A DNA stretch of 61,569 nt, filler included, from Anaerolineae bacterium (GTDB lineage Bacteria > Chloroflexota > Anaerolineae > Epilineales > Epilineaceae): the NCBI GenBank assembly GCA_029262755.1. It is 8 parts of 8 records of this genome, joined end to end, with 100 filler letters (N's around TTAATTAATTAA, not from the genome) between each part and the next. Parts side by side here need not be neighbours in the genome. Positions count along the whole stretch, not along the records: positions 48,734 to 58,870 come from JAJCYU010000042.1; positions 58,971 to 61,569 come from JAJCYU010000043.1; 6 more parts are not named here. The stretch is one strand, 5' to 3'. The position numbers and the translations under genes are program-made. The notes under the pieces were generated by a model, which saw only the letters and a list, made by a program, of their open reading frames with translations, was not told the DNA's origin and did no database searches. Below are positions 51,888 to 60,438 of the stretch, one piece after another. Position 1 is the first letter of the stretch, and every line of letters begins with the position of its first letter.

Positions 51888-52187
51888 CTAGCCGAGCTCA
51901 TCGACCGGTACAGCCGTGAGCTCGATCTCGAGGCCGCCTACGATTCCGGCGACCACATTGTAAATCCAGACCTGCAGCGCGCCGATGACGAAGCCGATCA
52001 CGCCGTAGAGCAACGGTGCAAAGATTCCGAAGGCCGCCATCGTGATCGCGGTCTCCGGCTCACCCATGAGAGCGGCGATACCCGCGCCGATAAGGGCGAA
52101 TGCGCCGACGACAGCCATGAAGCCGCCGACGAGGAGCGCATAGATTTTGGCTGCAGAGAGGATGCCGACTCGTTGAATGCGGTACAT
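51888..52187 (-). CDS. Small 2-TM membrane protein, DUF3566-like
   Basis: MYRIQRVGILSAAK...IYNVVAGIVGGLEIEL pattern. Confidence 0.65.
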   Translation of the reverse strand: MYRIQRVGILSAAKIYALLVGGFMAVVGAFALIGAGIAALMGEPETAITMAAFGIFAPLLYGVIGFVIGALQVWIYNVVAGIVGGLEIELTAVPVDELG

Positions 52188-52281
52188 GGATGAATGGAAC
52201 CTCACAGGCAGGCGCCCGCGCGAGCGAATCGCGGAACAGCCGGGGCGAATCAAGATCGCTCTAGTGTTGGTATACGCAAGA

Positions 52282-52526
52282 CGGCCCCCGGTGTTGCTGG
52301 AGGCCGCCGTGAACCACGTGTGTAGCACAAATGTGGGAAGGCCGCCCCACCCCCGTCCCGTGCGCCGGTGCGATAATAGGGAGGAGCGGCCCTCTCGCAG
52401 AGCTATGACACTGGCGGCGGGGACGAGGGGACGGCCTCGCCCTGACGCACATTCTTGCCCTATCGCACGCATGGCTCACCGTGGGGCAAATCGTGCGCCT
52501 CATCGGGAGTCACACCGCGGGGCGCA
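52282..52526 (-). ncRNA. ssrS: Probable 6S RNA, elongated (about 245 nt)
   Basis: By-eye rod fold on the minus strand: GCCCC-CGGTGT/ACACCG-GGGGC terminal stem, GTGAGCCATG/CGTGGTTCAC stem, central bubble, AATGTG/CACATT stem and a long apical stem. The motif order TGAGCC..CAAGAATGTG..CACATT..GGTTCA matches E. coli 6S as I recall it. Confidence 0.6.
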
Positions 52527-52546
52527 CTTCAAGCCTCGGCACCGCG

Positions 52547-53881
52547 CTACGGCGAGACAGCCGTGGGCTGGGCGGCGCCGGCGCCTTCGCCTTCGGTTTC
52601 CCCCTCGGCGGCGTCGTCTTCGCCGACGTCCTCATTGCCGTCGCCGTCGCTGTCGCCGTCGCCTTCGCCGGTGCCGTCGCTGTGACCTTCACCGTCGGCT
52701 TCGCCCTCCGCACCCTCCGCATCTCCGCCGCCCATCTGCTGCAGCTGCTCGGCGAACTTCTCGCAGGGGTCCTCATCGTCGAGGCGGGGTGTAAACAGGA
52801 GGAAGTCGTAGGGCAGCGCGTCGTCGAAGTCAGCGGCGTAGTCCGCGGGGGTCGCCCGGTCCGCGGCGACCTCGAGGATCCCGAGAGACACGATGGTGGC
52901 GGCGGGGGCCAGACGCAAGAGTTGGAACGGAACGCCGCGATCGGTGCGGGCGTGGCCGTTGCCGGTGATCAAGATGCCGCCGTCCAGGCCGAGCTCCGTG
53001 GCGGATTCGACCAACCGGGAGGCCATGCCGCCGTCGCGCGCGCGTTGCGCGTCGGCCATGGGCGGGGCCATCTCTTCGGGCAGATAGCCGCAATGCGCGT
53101 CCACGATCTCTTGGACGAGGGCAGTCTGGGCCTCGTCCGGTAGCGGCATGTCTAGGCCGAGCGTCGCGAGCGTGTCTTCATCCGGCGGGGCGCCCATGCC
53201 GGAGACGCCCATGATGATGTCTTTGGGCACGTTGGCCGGCACGATCGCGACGTTACCCGCCAGGGCCGCCTCGGCGATGGGCTGGTACTGCTCCCACGCC
53301 GGCCAGCCGGACTCCTCCCAGCCGATCGCGTCGGCGATGCCGGCCGCGTCAAGCGGGTTCGCGGCCAGGTGGTCGTAGAGCGCCGCTTCTTGATCGGTGG
53401 TCATCTGCTCGAAGGCCACGACGGGCAGGCGGCCCAAGGTGATGATGCCCTCGACCAGCCAGGCCTGGATGCGGTGGTGATCCGGGTTGTCGTGCTTCTC
53501 GCCGAGCATCACGAAATCGGCCTCGGCGAGGCGGTGGACCAGGTCGATCGGCTCGACGAAGGCTGCGTCCGCCACGGACCACACCTGGCCGACCAGCGGA
53601 TCATCGGCGCGGACAACGGTGTCCCATGGCGGGACGGGTATCGGCGCGGGCGCGGCCGGAACGCGCGCGTTCTCATCGGAGGTCGGGTCAAGGTTGGTGC
53701 CGGGGTACGGATCGGTCATGAGGTCGGGGGTAGCCGTGCCGGCATCGGTAACGGGTTCCGCCGGCGGGGCGTCGACGGTCGCCGGGCCGCATGCGGAGAG
53801 GGTCAAGCCGGCGATCCCGAACAGGAGGGCGAAGGCGATCGCGGGCTGGGGAAGTCGGGGGCGGAAGACGCTGCGGTTCAT
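52547..53881 (-). CDS. ChaN-family (heme uptake/Tiki superfamily) lipoprotein with acidic tail
   Basis: Lipobox LSAC; MLGEKHDNPDHH, VAFEQM, WEESGWP, AHCG, AQRARD, ITGNGH; GAGGAG RBS before ATG 53881. Confidence 0.85.
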   Translation of the reverse strand: MNRSVFRPRLPQPAIAFALLFGIAGLTLSACGPATVDAPPAEPVTDAGTATPDLMTDPYPGTNLDPTSDENARVPAAPAPIPVPPWDTVVRADDPLVGQVWSVADAAFVEPIDLVHRLAEADFVMLGEKHDNPDHHRIQAWLVEGIITLGRLPVVAFEQMTTDQEAALYDHLAANPLDAAGIADAIGWEESGWPAWEQYQPIAEAALAGNVAIVPANVPKDIIMGVSGMGAPPDEDTLATLGLDMPLPDEAQTALVQEIVDAHCGYLPEEMAPPMADAQRARDGGMASRLVESATELGLDGGILITGNGHARTDRGVPFQLLRLAPAATIVSLGILEVAADRATPADYAADFDDALPYDFLLFTPRLDDEDPCEKFAEQLQQMGGGDAEGAEGEADGEGHSDGTGEGDGDSDGDGNEDVGEDDAAEGETEGEGAGAAQPTAVSP

Positions 53882-53947
53882 CTGGTGCTCCTCTGGCAAG
53901 GGAGACGGGAGTGGGATAAGCTCGCACGCCGGTCGGCGCGCCGGGTT

Positions 53948-53995
53948 GGGAACGGGACCGGGATCGGAATCGGGAATGGGACCGGAATCGGGACA
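53948..53995. repeat. 8 x degenerate 6-bp tandem repeat (GGGAxC-like) in a divergent promoter region
   Basis: gggaac gggacc gggatc ggaatc gggaat gggacc ggaatc gggaca. Confidence 0.6.
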
Positions 53996-54103
53996 TTCCC
54001 CACGCGGACCACCTGCTTGAAAATACGTCACGTTCAAGTGCGCACGGCGTCCTAGCTTGTTGTCGCACGCGCTCACGCTGCTCCGTTTCGAGGAGAATGC
54101 CTC

Positions 54104-56443
54104 ATGTCCCACATTCTGACACGCCGTCGCGCTCCTGTCTTGGGGGCGATGGCCGGCATGGCCGTGCTCCTCGCCCTCGTCGCGGCGGTGCCGGGTCGCG
54201 CGCAGGACACGCCCACGTTTGCGGTCGATGGCCCTGTTCCGGCCACAGGCGCGGGCGGCGTGATCGAGCACGTGGTGATCGTGACGAATACGGGCACCGT
54301 TTCAAGCGAGGTCGCGTTGTTGGTGGAAGGCGGCGCGTGGGAGGTCACGGTGCCGGATCCCGTGACCGTGGAGCCGGAAGCCGGCGCGGCCCTGACGATC
54401 CTGGTGCACGTGCCGCATGAGGTGGGCAACGGCGCGGTCGACGAGGCGCGGCTCCAGGTGGTGGCCGGCGATACCTCGGCCCCGTTCGCGCGGGCCTGGG
54501 GCGCGGATCTCGCGGGCGGAACGTTGGTGGCGGAGCGCACGCTCGCCAGCTGGACGGGCGGCCGTGTCGCCGCCGGCCGTTGGTTCGGCTGCCGCTTCGA
54601 CCTCGACGGGAGCGGGCAGGTGGACGCCACGGACACCGGGCTCGTCGCCGCGGCCTTCGGCCGGCGGGCCGACGACGGAACGGGTGCGGCCGACCCGCAC
54701 TATGACGCGGCGCTCGATCTCAACGGCGACGGCCGCATCGGCGCGGGCGACGTCCAGACGGTGGCCGGCGCGGAAGGCCAAGAGTGCGGTGCACCGACAT
54801 CGACCGACACCAGCGCGGCGCGTGAAGCGATGGACGCCGAGCTGCTCGAGACGCAGCTCGACGCGTTCCAACAGATCGCGGATGACCACGACGGCAATCG
54901 CGCGATCGGCACATCGGGCTACGAAGCGTCCGCGGACCACGTCGCGACGGAGCTCGAGCGCCTTGGATGGGTGGTCACGCGGCAGCGTAACAACTTTCCG
55001 CGTACGGGCATCGGCGAGGCGATCCTCGCGGTGCCGGGTGAGACCTTGGTGCGCGCGACCGACTACGATGCCTTCGGTGGCGGACCCTCGATGGACGTCA
55101 CGGGCACGCTCGTCGCCGTCGATCTGGTCTTCCCGCCCTCCAACGACAACACGAGCGGCTGTGAGGCCGAGGACTTTGCCGGCTTCCCAACCGGCGGCGT
55201 TGCGCTCATCCAGCGCGGCGGCTGCAACTTCCGAGTAAAGATCGATCTCGCGGCCGATGCGGGGGCCGTGGCGGCCGTCGTGTTCAATACGGGAACGGAG
55301 GGGCGGACGGACCTCTTCAACGGCAACGCCGGCAGCGGCTCGCCGATCCCCGCCATGCGCCTGACCTACGAGGCCGGCGCGCGGATCGCCGCTCGACTCG
55401 CCGCGGGCGAGGAGCTGCTGACGCGCGTGGCGGTGGAGATCACGGTGGAGGATCGCTTCGGCGACAACATCATTGCCGAGTGGCCGCACGGCGATCCCGA
55501 TCGCTTCATCATGGCGGGCGCGCACCTGGACTCCGTGCCGGCCGGCGCCGGGCTCAACGACAACGCGACGGGTTCGTCGGGCTTGCTCGTGCTGGCAGAA
55601 GTCATCGCCGAGGCCGAGCTGCGACCGCGTCATACGATCCGGCTCGCGTGGTGGGCCGCCGAGGAGATCGGTTTGCTCGGCTCCGCCCGCTATGTCTCGA
55701 CCCTGCCGCCCGAGGAACGCGCCAAGATCCTGTCCTATCTCAACTTCGACATGATCGGCTCGATCAACTACATCCGCGCGATCTACGACGGGGACGGCTC
55801 GGACTCGACGCGCAGCGAGCCCTTCGGCTCCGGTGAGTTGGAATGGGCCTTCCAGGCGCACTTCGACTCGCTTGGGCTAGCGCACGAACCGATCGGCGAT
55901 GTGATCTACCGGCGCAGCGACCATGCCTCCTTCAGCGAAGCGGGCATCCCGGTGGCCGGGCTGTTCTCGGGATTCAACCAGCCCAAGACAGCCGAGCAGG
56001 CCGCCAAATACGGCGGCCAAGAGGGCGCGAGCGCCGACCCCTGCTACCACCGGACCTGCGACGACATCGACAACGTGAACGTCGAGGGACTGGAGATCAT
56101 GGCCGACGCGATCGCGCACTCGGTGCTGCACTACGCCGAGGATCCCATCTTCCCGCTCGCCACGGGACGCGCGTACCCGTTGCAGCAGCCGGGCGCCGGC
56201 GCCTTGAGCGCGGCCGACGGGGCGCGGGCAGAGGAGCAGTTGCGCTCCGCGCTGGCTGCGCTCAGCGTCGAAGGCGGCTGTGCGGCGGCGTGGGTAGCCC
56301 ACGAGGCCGAGGTCGCGGCCGCCGCGGGTGGCGCGCTCGACCAACATGATGCGTTCGGGCCCGGCGCGCTCGGTGGTGAGCAAGCAGGGGAGCACGCAGG
56401 GGACCACGACGCGGCCGATCCACACCACCTTCCGATTCGATAG
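54104..56443 (+). CDS. Secreted M28 aminopeptidase with PA domain and dockerin-like paired EF-hand module
   Basis: Signal peptide; DLDGSGQVDATD...DLNGDGRIGAGD pair; PA domain SGCEAEDF...LIQRGGC; GAHLDSV, NDNATGS, AEEIGLLGS, LNFDMIGS, RSDH, PCYH. Confidence 0.9.
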   Translation: MSHILTRRRAPVLGAMAGMAVLLALVAAVPGRAQDTPTFAVDGPVPATGAGGVIEHVVIVTNTGTVSSEVALLVEGGAWEVTVPDPVTVEPEAGAALTILVHVPHEVGNGAVDEARLQVVAGDTSAPFARAWGADLAGGTLVAERTLASWTGGRVAAGRWFGCRFDLDGSGQVDATDTGLVAAAFGRRADDGTGAADPHYDAALDLNGDGRIGAGDVQTVAGAEGQECGAPTSTDTSAAREAMDAELLETQLDAFQQIADDHDGNRAIGTSGYEASADHVATELERLGWVVTRQRNNFPRTGIGEAILAVPGETLVRATDYDAFGGGPSMDVTGTLVAVDLVFPPSNDNTSGCEAEDFAGFPTGGVALIQRGGCNFRVKIDLAADAGAVAAVVFNTGTEGRTDLFNGNAGSGSPIPAMRLTYEAGARIAARLAAGEELLTRVAVEITVEDRFGDNIIAEWPHGDPDRFIMAGAHLDSVPAGAGLNDNATGSSGLLVLAEVIAEAELRPRHTIRLAWWAAEEIGLLGSARYVSTLPPEERAKILSYLNFDMIGSINYIRAIYDGDGSDSTRSEPFGSGELEWAFQAHFDSLGLAHEPIGDVIYRRSDHASFSEAGIPVAGLFSGFNQPKTAEQAAKYGGQEGASADPCYHRTCDDIDNVNVEGLEIMADAIAHSVLHYAEDPIFPLATGRAYPLQQPGAGALSAADGARAEEQLRSALAALSVEGGCAAAWVAHEAEVAAAAGGALDQHDAFGPGALGGEQAGEHAGDHDAADPHHLPIR

Positions 56444-56452
56444 GAGCCGATC

Positions 56453-57025
56453 ATGAAATTCTTGGGAGGATCGGACCGGTCGCTTTCGGCCCACGCACGA
56501 GCCCGTGGTCGAGCAGCGCGCCACGTCGTGCTCGCGGCGATCGGCGCGTTGGCGTTGGGCGGGCTCGCCTTGACCGCCGGCGCGCTTGACGCGCGGGTCG
56601 GCGCGGACGCGGCTGTGCATGCCCAAGGCGATGGCGAAGAGCACACGGAGCTTTGGGTGAGCGGTGCCCGCAATCTGGCGGCGTGGGACGCGACGCTGCT
56701 CTACGACGCGGCCGTGATCAGCCCGACGGGCGTCGCCTTGGGTCCCTTCGCGCCCGCCGACAGCGTGCAGTTGGCGATGGACGTGCGGCAGCAGGGACGT
56801 GTGCTCGTGGGCGGCTATTCCTCCGGCGACGAAGCGGCGACGGGCGATGGCCACCTCGCGACCGTGTCCTTCGTACGGCTGGACACGCGCAGCCCGCGCT
56901 TGCGGCTGGATCGCGCCGGTACCGGCGCGTACGACGCCGAGGGGCGCTCGATCGCGCCGCCGGCGCGGATCGTCATCGGCGGGCTCGCCGCTCCGGCCGT
57001 GTACCTGCCGTTGTTGGAGCGCTGA
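56453..57025 (+). CDS. Secreted stand-alone cohesin-like domain protein ending VYLPLLER
   Basis: Signal peptide ending VHAQ; NLAAWDATLLYDAAVI...GRVLVGGYS...TGDGHLATVSF matches the cohesin pattern; AGGAG RBS; 9 nt after the peptidase stop. Confidence 0.7.
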   Translation: MKFLGGSDRSLSAHARARGRAARHVVLAAIGALALGGLALTAGALDARVGADAAVHAQGDGEEHTELWVSGARNLAAWDATLLYDAAVISPTGVALGPFAPADSVQLAMDVRQQGRVLVGGYSSGDEAATGDGHLATVSFVRLDTRSPRLRLDRAGTGAYDAEGRSIAPPARIVIGGLAAPAVYLPLLER

Positions 57026-57245
57026 GGGATCTCCGCCGAGGAGAGTTTCCGGTTCTCGAAGGGGCCACTTGGATCGGGGGGTGGGGGTCGCGGATTGAGT
57101 GCGTCTGGTTACGTTTCGGCGAAGGTTATCGTCGGCACGGATAGCATGGCGCACGGGGAAGGACCGTTGCGGTTCCGTCGCCGGAGCACGACATCGAGGA
57201 TATCGGCGGCTCGCGTGCGATCGTGGGCTAGTGCGGGGGACAGTG

Positions 57246-58870
57246 ATGCGGACGACGATCGAGGCGCGAATGCGCGCCCAAGAACAGGCGCTGGTTGCGC
57301 TGGCGCGCGACGAGGCGTTTGCCGATGGCAGCCTCGACGGCGCGGCGCGCAGCCTCGCACGTGTAGCCTGCGAGACACTCGGTGTCGCACGAGCCGGGCT
57401 GTGGTTGTTGACCGAGGACAGCGCGAGCCTGCGCGCGGTGGCGATCCACCAAGCTGACACCGGTACGACAGCGGCCGCGCGAGACACATCGAGCGCCGAC
57501 GGCGTGTCGGACGCGCATGCGCATAGCGACGATGCCGCCGACGACGGCACGCGGAGACCGACGATAATTCTGGACGGCGATGGGCGCTATCGTGCGGCGC
57601 TCGAGTCGTCGCGCGCGATCGCGTTGGACGCCGTGCCGGTCGCGGGCGACGGCCCGGCGATCGGGGAGCGCTACTTCGCGCAACACGGGATCGGCGCCGC
57701 GTTGGACGCGGGCGTGTGCGTGAACGGTGCGCTGGCCGGCCTCGTTCGCGTGGAGCATCGCGGTGGGCCACGCGCTTGGACCATGGACGAGCGTGCCTTT
57801 GCCGCCTCGCTGGCCGATCTCGTCGTGCCCCTACTGCGCAGCAAGGCACTCCGGACCGCTGAACGCGCCTTGCAGCGGCAACAGATGGACTTCATGGCGG
57901 TCATCGAACAGGCGAGCGACATCGTTTCGGTCGTAGATGAAGAGGGCGTGATCCAATACCAAAGCCCGTCCGCGGAGCGATGGCTTGGCTTCACACGAGC
58001 GGAGGTCGTCGGACGCGAGGTGACCGACTTTACCCATCCGGACGATCTGGAGCACTCCACACGCGCCATGGAAACGATGCTGCGCGGTCGTGGCCGCGTG
58101 GCGCATGTGGCAACCCGCATCCGCCACAAGGACGGCTCCTGGCGCAGGCTGGAGTCGGCCGGCCACGTGCTATCGGGGCTGCACAATGGGCGGCGCGCGG
58201 TCGTGCTGATCGCCCGAGATGTCACGGAGCGAAGCGAGGCGGCGCAGGCGCTCCGCCACCGCGAGGCCTACTTCCGCGCGCTGATCGAAGGCGCGACGGA
58301 CATCATCGCCGTCCTGGCCGCCGACAGCACGGTGACCTACGTGAACCAATCCGCAGAGCGTTTGCTCGGCTTTGCACCCGAGGACGTTACCGGTAGGCCC
58401 TTTGACACCTTTGTGCCTGCCGCCAAGCGGGCCAAGCTGCGCCGTATCCTCGCCCGCAGCATCGAGCGCCCGGACCGGCCACTGCGCTTCGCGTTCGAGT
58501 TGCGTGCCAAGGACGGGCGATCCCTCGCCTTCGACGTCCAGGGCAAGGCGCTTCCGCCCGAAGCGGGCCTACGCGCTTTCCTGCTCGTCGCACGTGACGT
58601 CACGGATCGCAAGGAAGCGGAGCGCCGACTGCAAGAGCGGGAAGAACAGCTTCACCATGCGCAGAAGATGGAGGCCGTCGGGCGTCTCGGCGGCGGCGTC
58701 GCCCACGATTTCAACAACTTGCTGCAGGCGATCGGCGGCTATGCGGAGCTGCTCGCCCGAGCGAGCGGCCTGGAGGAGGGTGATCACGTACGCTTGGAAG
58801 GCATCCGCGATGCCGTGCGGCGCGCGACCTCGCTCACGCGGCAGCTGCTCGCCTTCAGCCGCAGGCAGGT
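57246..58870 (+). CDS. GAF-PAS-PAS sensor histidine kinase (3'-truncated)
   Basis: GAF (VEHRGGPRAWT), two PAS domains (YQSPS...HPDD...HKDGSW; YVNQS...AKDG), H-box HAQKMEAVGRLGGGVAHDFNNLL, QLLAFSRRQ. Confidence 0.9.
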
Positions 58871-58970
58871 NNNNNNNNNNNNNNNNNNNNNNNNNNNNNN
58901 NNNNNNNNNNNNNNTTAATTAATTAANNNNNNNNNNNNNNNNNNNNNNNNNNNNNNNNNNNNNNNNNNNN
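58871..58970. other. Artificial contig linker
   Basis: N44-TTAATTAATTAA-N44. Confidence 0.97.
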
Positions 58971-59683
58971 AAGGCGGTGAAGATCTTGAGCGCCTTGTAC
59001 ATGGCATAGGTGCGCAGGCTGATCAGCCCGGAGCGGACCACGAATTCCCCGATGTTGTCGAACAGCCGAGACTCGCGCGCCTTCGGGTTCGTGCGGATCG
59101 GCACGACCTCGACGGCCAGTCGGCTCTGCCCGGCCTGGATAGCATGCTCCACGGTGTGGTCGAACTCGGTATAGCTGCCCAGCCGGAGTGCGGCCTCCCG
59201 GCTATAGGCGCGGAATCCGCTGGCCACGTCGGGTAGATCGAGGTTCGCCAGACGGCTGACCACGCGGCTGCCCAGTTGTTGAAGCCAGCGCTTCGCGGGC
59301 GAGAAATGCGCGATCAACTCCGTCTGGCGATCGCCGATGACGATGTCCGCCTGGCCGGCGAGGATCGGAGCGACCAGGGCGGGTATGTCGCCGCCGTGAT
59401 ATTGGTTGTCGCCATCGGTATTGACGATGATGTCGGCGCCTGCTTTGAGCGCCGCATCGAAACCGGCGCGAAAGGCGTGGCCGAGGCCGCGGTTGCGCGG
59501 GAAGCGCAGGACGTGGTCTGCACCGGCTTCACGGGCAACGCGAGACGTCGCGTCCGTGGACCCGTCGTCGATTACGAGGATCTCGACCACGTCGATGCCC
59601 TCGATGTCGCGCGGAATATCGCGGATCGTGGCGGGCAGCGTGGACTCTTCGTTGAGGCACGGAATCTGGACGACCAGCTTCAT
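58971..59683 (-). CDS. Glycosyltransferase family 2 (3'-truncated)
   Basis: MKLVVQIPCLNEE, VIDDGSTD, NRGLG, NTDGDNQY, SGFRAYSRE; ATGA coupling. Confidence 0.9.
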
Positions 59684-60438
59684 GGAGATGGGTCCTTGAC
59701 GCGGTGGGCGCGGCGGGAGCGTGGGATGGAGCCGATCACGGGCGCACCGGCCGCGGCTTCCGCCGCCGTTGCGCCGTAGATCCGAGGGTCTTGGAGATGC
59801 AATACCAGGCTGAATCCGAGCGCGATGAGCAATGCGAGGAGGATACGCAGCGGCAGCTCGATCCGGCGCTGCAACGAGGCGGGTAGGATCACGACCTCCG
59901 GCCCGTCGACCACGTTCAGCCGGACGCCGTCCGAGCCGAGCAAGGCCAGCCAACGGTCCCCGTCTTCCTCGAGCTCCGCCACCACCGCCTGCGCGACGAG
60001 CGCGAGATCCGAGCGCAGCGCGTTCACATCCGCGGCTCCGTCTACGGTGCGGGTGACGGATACGTCCATCACCCGATGCCGATCGTCCGCAGACAAGGAG
60101 CCGCTGCTCTCGCCTTCTCGCACCGATACGCCTTCGGGCAGACGCGCCTGTACGGCGGCCGCGAAAGCATCCCCTGGCAGGATGCGGGCGAGGTCGTCGA
60201 TGAGCGCTTCGCCGATCTTGGCGGAGGTGCCCTCGTCGCTGCCGGCCACCTGGACGCTCGGTGGCACGTCGATGGCAACGGTGATCCGCGCTTGAGCGGT
60301 GGTGCTCGGCGGCGTTTGGCGTAGCCAGGAGAGCCCGGCCACCAGTAGCGGCAGGCCGAGCCATAGCGGCCAGCGGCGCAGAATGCCGCGCAGGAGAGAG
60401 CCGACATCCCATGTTTCCGTGTAGCCGGTCTTGATCAC
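59680..60438 (-). CDS. Wzz/CpsC-like polysaccharide chain-length determinant
   Basis: Two TM helices flanking an extracytoplasmic loop; LRRWPL N-terminus and DPRI...GAPVIGSIP C-terminus; lies between two glycosyltransferases. Confidence 0.65.
   Translation of the reverse strand: MIKTGYTETWDVGSLLRGILRRWPLWLGLPLLVAGLSWLRQTPPSTTAQARITVAIDVPPSVQVAGSDEGTSAKIGEALIDDLARILPGDAFAAAVQARLPEGVSVREGESSGSLSADDRHRVMDVSVTRTVDGAADVNALRSDLALVAQAVVAELEEDGDRWLALLGSDGVRLNVVDGPEVVILPASLQRRIELPLRILLALLIALGFSLVLHLQDPRIYGATAAEAAAGAPVIGSIPRSRRAHRVKDPSP

Noticed and set aside
52281..52306. GC hairpin read as a stand-alone terminator for chaN
   Set aside because: The stem is imperfect, there is no good U-tract, and the same bases pair better as the 3' arm of the 6S-like terminal stem.
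52310..52480. GAGCC...GGTTC pairing as group II intron domain V, or the long stem as retron msr-msd or SRP RNA
   Set aside because: The arms are about 160 nt apart rather than a compact 34-nt domain V, there is no reverse transcriptase on the contig, and the SRP CAGG-GNRA-AGCA core is absent.
13264..58970. Seven identical TTAATTAATTAA elements flanked by N runs, as a repeat family or mobile-element ends
   Set aside because: These are artificial 100-nt contig linkers with stops in all six frames. Adjacency across them was not used as evidence, except in the one finding flagged as tentative.
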